Shown here piece by piece: positions 48,311 to 59,157 of a stretch of DNA of 64,000 bases. Each line of letters opens with the position of its first letter. Position 1 is the stretch's first letter. Under the pieces are notes generated by a model. That model was not told the origin of the DNA, did no database searches, and worked only from the letters and a program-made list of their open reading frames with translations. Where the stretch lies: the NCBI GenBank assembly GCA_963845185.1, contig CAWJRG010000006.1, forward strand, positions 1-64,000, in the 5' to 3' direction. Source of the stretch: an uncultured bacterium (GTDB taxonomy: Bacteria; Oederibacteriota; PGYV01; CAWJRG01). The translations under genes were made by a program, and so were the position numbers.

Positions 48311-49233
48311 TGGAACTGATAGCAAACGCAATTATTCCAGTATTTTTGCTTATTGGAATGGGATATTTTTTAAAAAAAAGAAAAATAATTGCGGCCGAAA
48401 CTGAAAATTTTATAAACAATCTCGCCTATTACCTTGTGCTGCCTGCGATGATTTTCATTAGCATATATAAATCCCCGTTTGATAAAATATTCAGCATTAA
48501 AATGGTGTTAGGGTGTTACGCAGCAGCATTTGCGGTTTTTTTAATCGCCATTGCACTGTCTAGATTTTACTTACAGCGGCAAAGGGGAGCCATGGTACTT
48601 ACAACTTTTAGGACAAATATAGCGTACTTAGGATTTCCCCTGATATTAAACGCTTACGGCCAACTTGCGCTCGCGCAGTGCAGTGTGCTTACGGGCTTTA
48701 TAGCACCTTTTACAATAACGCTTTCCATATTATATCTGAATATGGAATACAGGGGAAACAATAAAGAAAAGAATAAAATACTATATTACGTTTTTTCAGA
48801 CCCGCTTGTTTTAAGTTCCATCGCAGGTATTATTTTTTCCTATTTCAGAATTTCTTTGCCGACTTTCATAATCAATACCATTGACATGATTTCATCCATG
48901 GGTTCGCCGCTGATGCTAATAGCTGTAGGCAGCGGATTGAAGTTTTCAACCATAAAAAGGGATAAATCCGCGATAGTAATAAGCACTTTCTTAAAATTAA
49001 TAATAATGCCGCTATTGACGCTTTTGATTTTTAGATGTTTTATGCCTTTGGATAGCCACATGGAATTAATAATTGCAGTAATGACATTTGCTTTTCCCAG
49101 TGCATTATCAACTTATATGATGGTGAAACAATATAAAAGCAACGCTGAATTGTGCAGTTCCATTATCATGTTTACAACAGTACTTTCAATATTTTCTATA
49201 TCTTTTTGGATAATTGTTTTAACAAAAGTATAG
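48310..49233 (+). CDS. AEC-family transporter
   Basis: PVFLLIGMGY, LPAMIF, NIAYLGFP, KLIIMP and PSA. Confidence 0.9.
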   Translation: MELIANAIIPVFLLIGMGYFLKKRKIIAAETENFINNLAYYLVLPAMIFISIYKSPFDKIFSIKMVLGCYAAAFAVFLIAIALSRFYLQRQRGAMVLTTFRTNIAYLGFPLILNAYGQLALAQCSVLTGFIAPFTITLSILYLNMEYRGNNKEKNKILYYVFSDPLVLSSIAGIIFSYFRISLPTFIINTIDMISSMGSPLMLIAVGSGLKFSTIKRDKSAIVISTFLKLIIMPLLTLLIFRCFMPLDSHMELIIAVMTFAFPSALSTYMMVKQYKSNAELCSSIIMFTTVLSIFSISFWIIVLTKV

Positions 49234-49602
49234 CTATTCACAAATTTTTACGAAACTTTAACGAAAATGTTGATAATTGATGTTAAAATCATAAAAAGCC
49301 AATAAAATAAGGAATTTTTAAGAAAAAAATAATGTGAGTTGAATGGGGATATTAGCATAATTTTGGCCACAATAAAGCAGAATAAATAAAGGCATTTTAA
49401 TAGAAATACACATAATTAACATTATTAACATTAGCAGCGTCTGCATAGGTATAAAAAGAGAAATTGAATACGAAAGAATTTAAGAAAGAAAAATAACTAC
49501 AAAAACTGATGAACAGAAGATTTTAAGCATTAATTCAAAAATAATTTGAAATTGACGGGTTTATTAAAATATGATACTTTAAATAGAAAGGAGGCAAAAC
49601 AA

Positions 49603-51093
49603 ATGATTCCCAAAGTTATGCAAATTGGAAGCAAGAAAGTACTGAAAGAGGCGCTGACATTTGACGATGTTTTGATTATTCCCCAAAAATCCCATGTACT
49701 GCCGAAGGACGTGGAAACAAAAACCAAATTCAGTAAAAACATTGAAATCAGCATACCGCTTGTAAGCGCAGCCATGGACACTGTTACCGAATCAAAACTT
49801 GCGATAGCAATGGCCCAGGAAGGCGGCATTGGGGTTATACATAAAAATTTGACGATAAATGAACAGGCACGGGAAATTGACAAAGTAAAAAGGTATGAAA
49901 GCGGTATGATCCTAGAACCGGTTACTCTTCCGCCAGATTCGACAATTAGCAACGCGGTCGATATAATGAACAAATATCATATATCCGGCCTTCCTATTTG
50001 TGAGGGTAAAAAGCTGACTGGTATACTCACTAACAGAGACCTGCGTTTTGTGAAAAATAAAAAGCAAAAAGTCTCAGAACTTATGACACCAAAAGAAAGG
50101 CTTATTACTGCCACAAGCGAAATAACTTTTGACAAGGCAAAAGAAATACTTCATAAAAACAGGATTGAAAAGCTTCCTATAGTAAATAAAAATTTTGAGC
50201 TAAAAGGTTTAATCACCATCAAAGATATAGAAAAAAAGCTTAAATTTCCAAACGCAACAAAAGATAAATTCGGCAGGCTACGCGTAGCTGCCGCAGTCGG
50301 GCCGTCCGATGATATGGAACAGAGGGCAGATGCGCTGGCAAAAGCCGGGGTTGACGCACTTGTTGTGGATACAGCTCATGGACATACAGAAAGCGTGATG
50401 CGGGCGGTTAAATTATTAAAGAAAAAATTCAAGAACATTGATATACTGGCCGGCAATGTGGCTACTGAAGAAGGGGCAAAAGATTTAATAAAAGCAGGTG
50501 CCGATGGTGTTAAAGTTGGTATGGGGCCAGGTTCAATCTGCACCACAAGGGTTATAGCAGGTATAGGCATGCCCCAGATAACAGCAATAATGGACGCTTG
50601 CAGAGCCACGCTGCGATATAAAATACCTTTAATAGCCGACGGCGGGATAAAATATTCGGGCGACGTGACAAAAGCAATTGCCGCAGGCGCGGATTGTGTA
50701 ATGATAGGAAGCCTTTTTGCGGGTACAGAGGAAAGCCCGGGCCAGATAATATTGCTTGAGGGAAGAAGCTTCAAGGTTTACCAGGGTATGGGTTCAATGG
50801 CTGCCATGAAAAAGCGCGGTGCAAGGGAAAGATATTTCCAGTGGGAAGAGGAAGAGGATAAGCTGGTGCCGGAAGGAATTGAAGGAAGAGTGCCATTTAA
50901 AGGCACGCTTTCGTCAATTGTATACCAGCTTGTCGGCGGGCTTAAGGCAGGCATGGGTTATTCGGGAGTGAAGAATATAAAGGAACTTAAAACACGGACA
51001 TATTTTGTGCAGGTGTCGTTTGCAGGCCTGCGTGAAAACCATCCACACGATGTAATTATAACAAACGAAGCACCTAATTACAGAGTGCTTTAA
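49603..51093 (+). CDS. guaB: IMP dehydrogenase
   Basis: [18 protein letters not shown] pair and GPGSICTTR; start set at the ATG after AGGAGG. Confidence 0.98.
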   Translation: MIPKVMQIGSKKVLKEALTFDDVLIIPQKSHVLPKDVETKTKFSKNIEISIPLVSAAMDTVTESKLAIAMAQEGGIGVIHKNLTINEQAREIDKVKRYESGMILEPVTLPPDSTISNAVDIMNKYHISGLPICEGKKLTGILTNRDLRFVKNKKQKVSELMTPKERLITATSEITFDKAKEILHKNRIEKLPIVNKNFELKGLITIKDIEKKLKFPNATKDKFGRLRVAAAVGPSDDMEQRADALAKAGVDALVVDTAHGHTESVMRAVKLLKKKFKNIDILAGNVATEEGAKDLIKAGADGVKVGMGPGSICTTRVIAGIGMPQITAIMDACRATLRYKIPLIADGGIKYSGDVTKAIAAGADCVMIGSLFAGTEESPGQIILLEGRSFKVYQGMGSMAAMKKRGARERYFQWEEEEDKLVPEGIEGRVPFKGTLSSIVYQLVGGLKAGMGYSGVKNIKELKTRTYFVQVSFAGLRENHPHDVIITNEAPNYRVL

Positions 51094-51107
51094 TATAATC
51101 TGGTTAT

Positions 51108-52646
51108 ATGATGAAAAACGATACCATAATTATCCTTGATTTTGGGTCTCAGTATACGCAACTCATTGCGAGGAGAATCAGGGAGCTAAATGTTTATTCT
51201 GAAATACATCCTTTCAACGCGGCTTTTGAAAAAATAAAAGCAAGCGAGCCCAAAGGAATTATACTGTCCGGCAGCCCGGCAAGCATTTACGACAAAAAAC
51301 CACCTTTGACAGACAAAAGAATATTCGGTATGGGTATACCGGTGCTGGGCATATGTTACGGTTTACAGATAATAAGCAAATACTTCGGCGGAAAAGTGGA
51401 AAAAGGCGATCACAGGGAATACGGTTTTACTGAGCTTATAATAAAACAACCTGATTTGCTTTTACGCGGGCTCAAGGGAAAAGAGACAGTGTGGATGAGC
51501 CACGGGGATAAGCTAATAAAAAAACCAGCAGGATTCGCAACGCTCGCGCGTACAAAAAGCTCGGAATTTGCTGTAATAATGAATGAAAAGGAAAAGATAT
51601 GGGGAATTCAGTTTCACCCGGAAGTTGTACATACAAAAAACGGCAAAAGAATTCTAAAAAATTTTGCCGTAGATATATGCGGGGCGCGCAGGAACTGGAC
51701 GCCTGGATCATATATCAAATCGACAATTGAAAATATAAGGAAGCAAACCAAGGGCGAAAAAATACTTTGCGCGGTAAGCGGAGGGGTCGACTCTACAGTT
51801 GCATCTGTCCTGATAAGCAGGGCGATAGGCAAAAATCTGACGTGCGTATTTGTAAATAACGGGCTTTTGCGGCTTGAAGAAGAAAAAAAAGTACTTGCCA
51901 TGTTTAAAAAACTTAGAATTAAAGTTGATTATCTTGACGAGGAAAAAGGATTTCTTACGCGTCTGGCTGGAATCACTGACCCGGAGAGAAAAAGAAAAAT
52001 AATAGGCAATTATTTTATAAGGGCTTTTGAAAAGCATGCGAAAAAAACAGGAAGTTTTAAATTTCTGGGCCAGGGAACCCTGTACCCGGACCTTATCGAG
52101 AGCGTGTCGGTAAAAGGGCCTTCTGCTACGATAAAGTCGCATCATAACGTAGGCGGCCTGCCTGAAAAAATGAAAATGAAACTCATAGAGCCTTTGAAAT
52201 ACCTTTTCAAGGACGAAGTCAGGAAAATAGGAAAAAAACTCGGAATCCCGAAAGATGTATTGTGGAGGCAGCCTTTCCCGGGGCCAGGCCTGGCAGTCAG
52301 GATACTGGGTGAAATAACAAAAGACAGGCTTGATATTTTAAAAAAGGCCGATGATATAATAGTTGATGAAATCAAAAAATCGGGTTATTATTATGCGGTA
52401 TGGCAGTCTTTCGGCGTATTACTTCCCGTGAAAACAGTCGGTGTGATGGGAGATTTACGCACTTATGAGAACGTGATTGCGCTGCGAGCCGTAGATTCAA
52501 AAGACGGCATGACTGCAGAATGGGTAAAATTACCATATAATTTACTGACAACTATAAGTTCCAGAATAATAAATGAAGTTAAAGGCGTAAACAGGGTAGT
52601 TTATGATATTTCCAACAAACCGCCAGCTACCATAGAATGGGAGTAA
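51108..52646 (+). CDS. guaA: GMP synthase (glutamine-hydrolysing)
   Basis: LDFGSQY, GICYG, QFHPE, SGGVDS and KPPATIEWE. Confidence 0.99.
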   Translation: MMKNDTIIILDFGSQYTQLIARRIRELNVYSEIHPFNAAFEKIKASEPKGIILSGSPASIYDKKPPLTDKRIFGMGIPVLGICYGLQIISKYFGGKVEKGDHREYGFTELIIKQPDLLLRGLKGKETVWMSHGDKLIKKPAGFATLARTKSSEFAVIMNEKEKIWGIQFHPEVVHTKNGKRILKNFAVDICGARRNWTPGSYIKSTIENIRKQTKGEKILCAVSGGVDSTVASVLISRAIGKNLTCVFVNNGLLRLEEEKKVLAMFKKLRIKVDYLDEEKGFLTRLAGITDPERKRKIIGNYFIRAFEKHAKKTGSFKFLGQGTLYPDLIESVSVKGPSATIKSHHNVGGLPEKMKMKLIEPLKYLFKDEVRKIGKKLGIPKDVLWRQPFPGPGLAVRILGEITKDRLDILKKADDIIVDEIKKSGYYYAVWQSFGVLLPVKTVGVMGDLRTYENVIALRAVDSKDGMTAEWVKLPYNLLTTISSRIINEVKGVNRVVYDISNKPPATIEWE

Positions 52647-52650
52647 AGCA

Positions 52651-54681
52651 ATGATTTCGTTCGGCAGGCATGTATGCAATAATTTCAGTGTAGCCACAGA
52701 GAAGGAATGGATAATAACGAATTCAAAAGGCTCATACGCCTCGTCTACCATACTGATGACCAATACCAGGAGACACCACGGACTTCTTGTGACAAGGTGC
52801 AGCGAAGTCGACGACAGGATAGTTATGTTTCCGGGTTTTGAGGAAGAACTCGAGATAGCCGGCAATATATACCATATATCTACTCATGAATATAGAAAAA
52901 CTATTTACCCCAAGGGTTATTATTTCTTAGAGCAATTCACTTTTAATGAGGATATGGTTACACAGATATTCCTTGTAGAAAACATACGCCTGAAAAAAGA
53001 AATATTCCTGATGAAAGATACAAATACCGTGGTTATTACATATACGATACTCACACCGGATAGTTATGCGAAACTACACATCAGACCGTTTATTTCTTTC
53101 AGGGAAATAGATGGTTTGCTGCGGGAAATGTCTGTTTTTGACCCGGATTTAAAAGTATTATCCGAAAAGAAGATAAGTGTCCAGCCATATAAAAATTTGC
53201 CGCCAGCATATATTTATAACCCCGACGGAGGCAAAGTCAAAATAGGCGGCGTATGGTACAGAGAATTTTATTATGCAAAAGATGAACATGACGGGGGCGA
53301 CAGCATAGAAGATCTTTACCTGATAGGCACAATAACTTTTGAGCTTACAAGCAATGAACCCAAAGCCATAATCCTATCCACCGAGGATAAGGATGTTATT
53401 GAAAGGGCGGAGATAAAAAGCCTTTTTTATAAACAAATAAGAAAAATCAAGGAAATATGTTCGGAAACAAAGAAATGCGTCGAGAACGAGAGAGACAGTG
53501 AGACCATAGAACAGCTTATTTACGCAGCCGATTCTTTTATCGTAAAGGACGACGCAGAAAAACCGTGCGTGCTTGCGGCTTACCCATGGCCGTGCCATAT
53601 ATATTTCAGGGATTTATTCGGCGCTTTCCCCGGGCTGTTCCTTGTATCAAACAGGTTCGAAGAGGCAAAGGAATTACTGAAAACCAAAATAAATTTCGAA
53701 TACAACGGCCTTTTGCCGTTAAGCATGACATTTAACAAGCTGAACGTGTCATATGCATCGGCCGACGTGGCACTGTGGTTTTTTTACGCGCTTTACAAAT
53801 ACCTGGAATACACAAAAGACTTCAGCTTAGTAAAATCAGACGGCGATTTTTTCAAGCGCATAAGCTGGATTATAAATATGCATATAAACGGAATAAACAA
53901 CGAAAACATGACATACAGGATATATAAAGACACTGACGGGCTTATATATGCGGCCCATAAAACAGAGCCAATTACTTGGATGAATAGAAAAGTAAACGCT
54001 GTGCCTGTAACTCCCAGAAAGGGAAAAGCAGTGGAGGTTAATGCCCTGTGGTATAACGCGATAAGGACAATGCAGTTTATTACCGGGCATAACGGCCAAA
54101 AAGAAAAACACAATTCATATAAAGAACTTGGCGACAGCGTTTATAAAAGTTTTAACGAGGCATTTTGGAACCAGAAAGAGGATTGCCTATATGACTATAT
54201 TGACGGACAGTTTAAAGATGAAACCATCAGGTCGAATCAAATACTGGCTTTAAGCCTTCCTTTTCCGGTTGTAGACGAAAAAGAAAAAATGGAAAAGATA
54301 ATGAATACAGCAATAAAGGAGCTTTACACTTCATTTGGGCTGCGTACATTAAGCAACATGAATGTGCAATTCAAGCCAAAATGTGAAGGCGACAGAAATG
54401 CGAAGGAGACAGCCGCGCATCAGGGATCGGTATGGACGTGGACCATGGGGCATTTTGTTACAGCTTATATAAAAACATTCGGCAAACGCAAAGAAACAAT
54501 GCAGTTTATCAGGACCGCGTATGAACCATTTTTTGAGTCCATTAAAAACGGCGCGCTGGGAACAATAGCCGAAATGGCTGACGGAGATTTTCCTTATAAA
54601 GAAAGGGGAAAGCTTTCTCACGCGTGGGCCGTCGCGGAAATATTAAGATCTTATTTTGAAGACTTTCTGGCAGATGAATAA
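52651..54681 (+). CDS. Amylo-alpha-1,6-glucosidase / glycogen debranching enzyme family protein
   Basis: EWIITN..GSYAS, TRRHHGLL, PRKGKAVEVNALWY, IRSNQ, GLRTLS, HQGSVW and AWAVAE. Confidence 0.9.
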   Translation: MISFGRHVCNNFSVATEKEWIITNSKGSYASSTILMTNTRRHHGLLVTRCSEVDDRIVMFPGFEEELEIAGNIYHISTHEYRKTIYPKGYYFLEQFTFNEDMVTQIFLVENIRLKKEIFLMKDTNTVVITYTILTPDSYAKLHIRPFISFREIDGLLREMSVFDPDLKVLSEKKISVQPYKNLPPAYIYNPDGGKVKIGGVWYREFYYAKDEHDGGDSIEDLYLIGTITFELTSNEPKAIILSTEDKDVIERAEIKSLFYKQIRKIKEICSETKKCVENERDSETIEQLIYAADSFIVKDDAEKPCVLAAYPWPCHIYFRDLFGAFPGLFLVSNRFEEAKELLKTKINFEYNGLLPLSMTFNKLNVSYASADVALWFFYALYKYLEYTKDFSLVKSDGDFFKRISWIINMHINGINNENMTYRIYKDTDGLIYAAHKTEPITWMNRKVNAVPVTPRKGKAVEVNALWYNAIRTMQFITGHNGQKEKHNSYKELGDSVYKSFNEAFWNQKEDCLYDYIDGQFKDETIRSNQILALSLPFPVVDEKEKMEKIMNTAIKELYTSFGLRTLSNMNVQFKPKCEGDRNAKETAAHQGSVWTWTMGHFVTAYIKTFGKRKETMQFIRTAYEPFFESIKNGALGTIAEMADGDFPYKERGKLSHAWAVAEILRSYFEDFLADE

Positions 54682-55273
54682 AATAAAAGCGTTAATAATA
54701 ACCGCAAGCGCCAGGAAACAAAGCAATTCAAAAGCAGCCGCAGTTTTTTTAATTAGAACCTTAAAGCAGCGCAATGATTTAATAATCAGCGAAAAATGGG
54801 TGGATATCAACAAACTCAATATAAGCCACTGTAAGGGCTGCGAAAAATGCTCCAAAAATTTAAAATGCAAAATCATTGATTCTGCCGCGGGGCTGCTGAA
54901 AAAAATCAAGGATGCGGATCTTGTAATTGCGGCTTCGCCAGTATATTTTATGGGATCACCTTCGAGGCTTAAAGCGTTTATTGACAGGAACCTGGTGAAA
55001 TGGCAAATTATCAATTTCAAACCCGGAATACAGAACAGTAAATCCGGGAAAAAGAAAAAAGGCATAATAATACTTACCGCAGAAGAAGCCACGCGCAATA
55101 ACTTCATTGGCGCAGAAAACGAAATAAGGGCAATGTTTGCGGTGAACGACATTAAAACATACGCGGCCTTAAAACTGCCGGCAATGCACAAGCAAGGGAA
55201 GTTTATAAAAGACACCGGCGCAAAGACTAAAGTAGAAAGAATTGCCGGGCTTTTATCATTTGAAAAGGAATAA
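54674..55273 (+). CDS. Flavodoxin-family / iron-sulfur flavoprotein
   Basis: SARKQSNS, CKGCEKC...C, ASPVYF and LKAFIDR. Confidence 0.88.
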   Translation: MNKIKALIITASARKQSNSKAAAVFLIRTLKQRNDLIISEKWVDINKLNISHCKGCEKCSKNLKCKIIDSAAGLLKKIKDADLVIAASPVYFMGSPSRLKAFIDRNLVKWQIINFKPGIQNSKSGKKKKGIIILTAEEATRNNFIGAENEIRAMFAVNDIKTYAALKLPAMHKQGKFIKDTGAKTKVERIAGLLSFEKE

Positions 55274-55275
55274 AT

Positions 55276-56169
55276 ATGGCTACGGTATCAGATATCGAAA
55301 GGAACAAAGAAGCATTCATAAATTTTATCCTGTTCGAAAAAGGGCTGGCGCAAAATACGGCCTCAGCCTATAAAAGCGATATTGCTCTTTTTACGGTTTA
55401 TTTAAAAGATGGTAAACTGCAGAAAATAACCGAGGAAACCTTAATTGATTTTATATTCAGCTTAAAATCAAAAAATTACTCTTCGCTTTCCATTGCCAGA
55501 ATAATAGTCAGCATCAAAAGCATATTTAAATTCATGCTCAAAGAAAAGGCGATAACAGCAAATCCTTTTGAGGATATGGAGTCATTTAAGACGAGGAAAA
55601 AAATACCCGAGGCACTCGCCGAGGTGGAAATTGAGAAACTCCTTGCGCAACCCGATTTATCGTCAAGAGAAGGATTGCGCGACAGGGCAATAATGGAGCT
55701 TTTATATTCATCCGGCGTGAGGGTAAGCGAACTTACGGGAATGGAGCTTACAGATATAAATCTTGACGACAAGATGGTCAGGTGTTTCGGCAAGGGCTCA
55801 AAAGAAAGGATAGTGCCGCTCGGCGATTACGTCATTGACGCGCTGAAAAATTACCTGAACGCAAGAAACGGATTTTTAAAAAAAGAATTCACGCCGTCGC
55901 TGTTTTTAACGCGGCTTGGAAGGAAATTCACGCGTACCGGCATCTGGAGCATGCTGAAAGTATATGCTAAAAAGGCAGGCATAGTGAAAAACGTTTATCC
56001 GCATATTTTCAGGCATTCATTTGCCACGCATTTACTTGCAGGCGGGGCAGATTTGCGCAGCGTCCAGGAAATGCTCGGCCATGCGGACATATCAACAACA
56101 CAGATTTATACGCATGTAGACAGGAGCAGGCTGAAAAAAATACATAAACTTTTTCATCCGCGGGGATGA
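55276..56169 (+). CDS. xerD: Tyrosine recombinase XerD
   Basis: RDRAIMELLYSSGVRVSE, GKGSKER, HIFRHSFATH and LGHADISTTQIYTH. Confidence 0.92.
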   Translation: MATVSDIERNKEAFINFILFEKGLAQNTASAYKSDIALFTVYLKDGKLQKITEETLIDFIFSLKSKNYSSLSIARIIVSIKSIFKFMLKEKAITANPFEDMESFKTRKKIPEALAEVEIEKLLAQPDLSSREGLRDRAIMELLYSSGVRVSELTGMELTDINLDDKMVRCFGKGSKERIVPLGDYVIDALKNYLNARNGFLKKEFTPSLFLTRLGRKFTRTGIWSMLKVYAKKAGIVKNVYPHIFRHSFATHLLAGGADLRSVQEMLGHADISTTQIYTHVDRSRLKKIHKLFHPRG

Positions 56170-56282
56170 AAGTTGGCTATGGAAACCTGGAACGGGAATA
56201 AGGAAGGACAGGGGCAAACTACATGGCATGCCAAAAAATGTAGGGAAATTTTTTAAAACGTTCTCATAATAAAATTAAGGGT

Positions 56283-57023
56283 GTGAAAATGAATATAGGG
56301 TTTATATCGGATATACACAGCAACTTTGAAGCATTGCGTGCCGTGCTTTCCTTTTTTAAAAAGGAAAAAGTGGAACAGGTGATATGCGCAGGCGACATTA
56401 TAGGCTACGGCGCTGAACCTAACGAGTGTATCGAGACAATAAAAAATGTCTCCGTCCTCAATGTTTACGGCAACCATGAAGCGGCATTAACAGGGCTTTT
56501 GCCCGAAGAGAATTTCAACACTTACGCCAAAGAAGCCATTGACTGGCACAGGAATAAAGTAAAAACTGATAATTTTGATTTTATACACGAATTAAAACTG
56601 GAGGCTGTTTTTGACAAGTTTATAAAGATTGTCCATGCTTCGCCTGTCAGGCCGCAGCAATTCCCCTATCTTATTACCGAGAGGGAATACGCCGAGGCGC
56701 TGATAAGCTACCGGGAGAAGATATGCATCGTGGGGCACACGCACGCGCCGGCTGTGTTTTATTATGACGCAGAAAGGTATCATTTTGGCGAAATATCGAA
56801 CGATACTTTTTTAATAGAAGGCGATTTCAAATATATCATAAACGTGGGAAGCGTAGGCCAGCCAAGGGACGGAGACAAGAGGGCCTGTTGCGGCATATAC
56901 GACTACGAAACAAACATATTTAAAATAAGAAGGGTAGAATACGATTTTATGGCGGCAAGGAATAAAATAATCAAAGCGGGGCTTCCGCCTTTTTTAGGCG
57001 AAAGGCTTATGTACGGCACTTGA
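56283..57023 (+). CDS. Metallophosphoesterase (calcineurin-like)
   Basis: SDIHSN, GDIIGYG, GNHE, GHTH and NVGSVGQPRDG. Confidence 0.93.
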   Translation: MKMNIGFISDIHSNFEALRAVLSFFKKEKVEQVICAGDIIGYGAEPNECIETIKNVSVLNVYGNHEAALTGLLPEENFNTYAKEAIDWHRNKVKTDNFDFIHELKLEAVFDKFIKIVHASPVRPQQFPYLITEREYAEALISYREKICIVGHTHAPAVFYYDAERYHFGEISNDTFLIEGDFKYIINVGSVGQPRDGDKRACCGIYDYETNIFKIRRVEYDFMAARNKIIKAGLPPFLGERLMYGT

Positions 57024-57050
57024 ATCAAAACCGGAATTTCAGGAGCAACC

Positions 57051-57653
57051 ATGGGAAAAAATAAAAGGCTTGTAATGACTATAACGGTAGTGGCACTTAT
57101 TATACTGGGGTCGGTGGTTTTTTTGGCAAAAAGGCTGGCAAATCAGAGCGCAAAATTACAAGACAAGCAGCCCCGGCAGGAACAGCAAAATATTGAAGAC
57201 AATAAAATAAACGATATTATGCAGCAGTATTCCAGCCTGCCGCCTGAAGGAAAAAAGAAATTTGAAGAGATGCTGCAGCAGCTTGAAAAGCAATATTTTG
57301 CAAAAAAAACGGATAAAAGTTCAGCAGCAGGACCGGTTAAAACAAACTTAAAAAAGCAGGGTATTCAAATAAAGTGGCAGGACGCAGCTAAATATGTCGG
57401 AAAATACGTTATCGTGCAGGGTGAAATAGTTTCTTCCTACAATAACGGGGATGTATGCTTTATGAATTTTGACAAGAATTTCGACAAATCCCTTTCGCTT
57501 ACTATTTTTGGCTATAACCTCGGCAAGTTTCATGAACATCCTGAAAAATATTATTACGATAAAACAGTGAGCGCATGCGGGACAATAAAGGAATACAAAG
57601 GCAGGCTGGAGATAATACTAAGCGAGCCGAACCAGATAGAGGTTGAAAAATGA
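57051..57653 (+). CDS. Membrane-anchored hypothetical protein with a C-terminal OB-fold-like domain
   Basis: N-terminal TM; DAAKYVGKYVIVQGEI...FMNF...GTIKEYKGRLEIIL. Confidence 0.7.
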   Translation: MGKNKRLVMTITVVALIILGSVVFLAKRLANQSAKLQDKQPRQEQQNIEDNKINDIMQQYSSLPPEGKKKFEEMLQQLEKQYFAKKTDKSSAAGPVKTNLKKQGIQIKWQDAAKYVGKYVIVQGEIVSSYNNGDVCFMNFDKNFDKSLSLTIFGYNLGKFHEHPEKYYYDKTVSACGTIKEYKGRLEIILSEPNQIEVEK

Positions 57654-57843
57654 CACGAATATCATCCGCGAAAAGGAATATATCATGAATTTCTGGCGCA
57701 AATTAAAGGACAATTTTTTCAAGTTAATAATAAAACTGGACAACGGTTTTCTTTGCGACACATGCAGATATAATCACCCCAATACATGCTACCAACCGGA
57801 CAGGCCGAATGCAAAAAAATGCAAAGAATATGCAAAAAAATGA
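57643..57843 (+). CDS. Small Cys-rich hypothetical protein; start may be about 57685
   Basis: CDTC...C...C pattern; fills the gap in the operon. Confidence 0.55.
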   Translation: MKNDTNIIREKEYIMNFWRKLKDNFFKLIIKLDNGFLCDTCRYNHPNTCYQPDRPNAKKCKEYAKK

Positions 57844-57876
57844 AAACATACGGATTACAAAGGAGTTTTATTATAC

Positions 57877-59157
57877 ATGAATAATATTACAGCCATAATT
57901 CTTGCAGCCGGGAAGGGCACAAGGATGAAATCGGAAAAGACAAAAGTTTTGCACGAAGTCGCGGGTAAAGCCATGATTAGCCATGTGCTTGATACATGCT
58001 TTAATGCCGGCATAAAAGATTTAGTCGTAGTTGCAGGGGACAATTACAATCAACTCAGGGGCTTCATAGAAAAGCGCTATGGCCGGGTAAAATACGTAAT
58101 CCAGAAACCACAGCTTGGAACAGCACACGCGGTTTTAAAAGTTTTTCAGGCAAAAACGCCTTTAAAGAGCGGCGTATTAATAATAAACGGCGACGTGCCT
58201 CTTGTTGAGCCGGGGACCCTGCGGAATTTAATAAAGTGGTTTACAAAAAAGGAGGTAAATGGTATAATTTGCACCGCAAAAATTAATAATCCCTTCGGCT
58301 ACGGAAGAATCATAAAAAACAACCAGGGCAGTATCATTAAAATTGTCGAAGAAAAAGACGCGGGCATTGAAGAAAAAGCCATCAAGGAAATCAACGGCGG
58401 CATTTATGTTTTCAAAAGCGAAGATATTGCAAATTATGCAGGAAAAATAAGGAAAAACAGAATAAAGCAGGAATATTACCTTACGGATATTGTTGAGTTA
58501 ATGTCTTCGGACGGAAAGAAAATTGAAAGTTTCAATATAAATCCCGAAGAAATTAAAGGCATAAACGACAGGATACAATTAATGGAAATGTCAAAGCTGA
58601 AAAACAGGAAAATTCTTGAAAAGCTCGCGCGCGAGGGAGTTACCGTGGATGATTTTGACACGGTTTTTATAGATGAGAACGTGAGCGTGGGCAGGGATAC
58701 CGTAATAAGGCCTTTTACAGTAATAAGAGGAAAGACGCGCATAGGAAAGAAATGTGTCATAGGGCCGTTTTCTCATATCAGGCCGGATACAATTATTGGC
58801 GACAACTGCAATATCGGCAATTACGTAGAGATAAAAAAATCTGAAATCGGCAACCATGTACATGTGGCGCATTTGAGTTACATAGGCGATACTAAAATCG
58901 GCGACGGCACAAACATAGGCGCGGGAACAATAACGGCGAACTTTGACGGAGTAAAAAAGAACAAGACTTTTATAGGCAGGAAAGTTTCGGTGGGCAGCGA
59001 CGTGGTATTCCGTGCGCCTGTCAGGATAGGCGACAACGCGGTGATAGGCGCAGGTTCCATTATAACTGAAAATGTACCGGCCGGCGCTCTTGCAATAGCG
59101 AGGGCAAGGCAGGTAATAAAAAAAGACTGGGTTAAAAAAAGGAGATATAAAAAATGA
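57877..59157 (+). CDS. glmU: Bifunctional UDP-GlcNAc pyrophosphorylase / GlcN-1-P acetyltransferase
   Basis: ILAAGKGTRMKS, QLGTAHA, GYGRI, EYYLTD, HLSYIGD and GAGTIT. Confidence 0.96.
   Translation: MNNITAIILAAGKGTRMKSEKTKVLHEVAGKAMISHVLDTCFNAGIKDLVVVAGDNYNQLRGFIEKRYGRVKYVIQKPQLGTAHAVLKVFQAKTPLKSGVLIINGDVPLVEPGTLRNLIKWFTKKEVNGIICTAKINNPFGYGRIIKNNQGSIIKIVEEKDAGIEEKAIKEINGGIYVFKSEDIANYAGKIRKNRIKQEYYLTDIVELMSSDGKKIESFNINPEEIKGINDRIQLMEMSKLKNRKILEKLAREGVTVDDFDTVFIDENVSVGRDTVIRPFTVIRGKTRIGKKCVIGPFSHIRPDTIIGDNCNIGNYVEIKKSEIGNHVHVAHLSYIGDTKIGDGTNIGAGTITANFDGVKKNKTFIGRKVSVGSDVVFRAPVRIGDNAVIGAGSIITENVPAGALAIARARQVIKKDWVKKRRYKK

Noticed and set aside
55276..56169. Tyrosine recombinase as a prophage or integron integrase
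   Set aside because: Length, motifs and housekeeping context fit XerD. No phage genes or IntI-type insertion seen.
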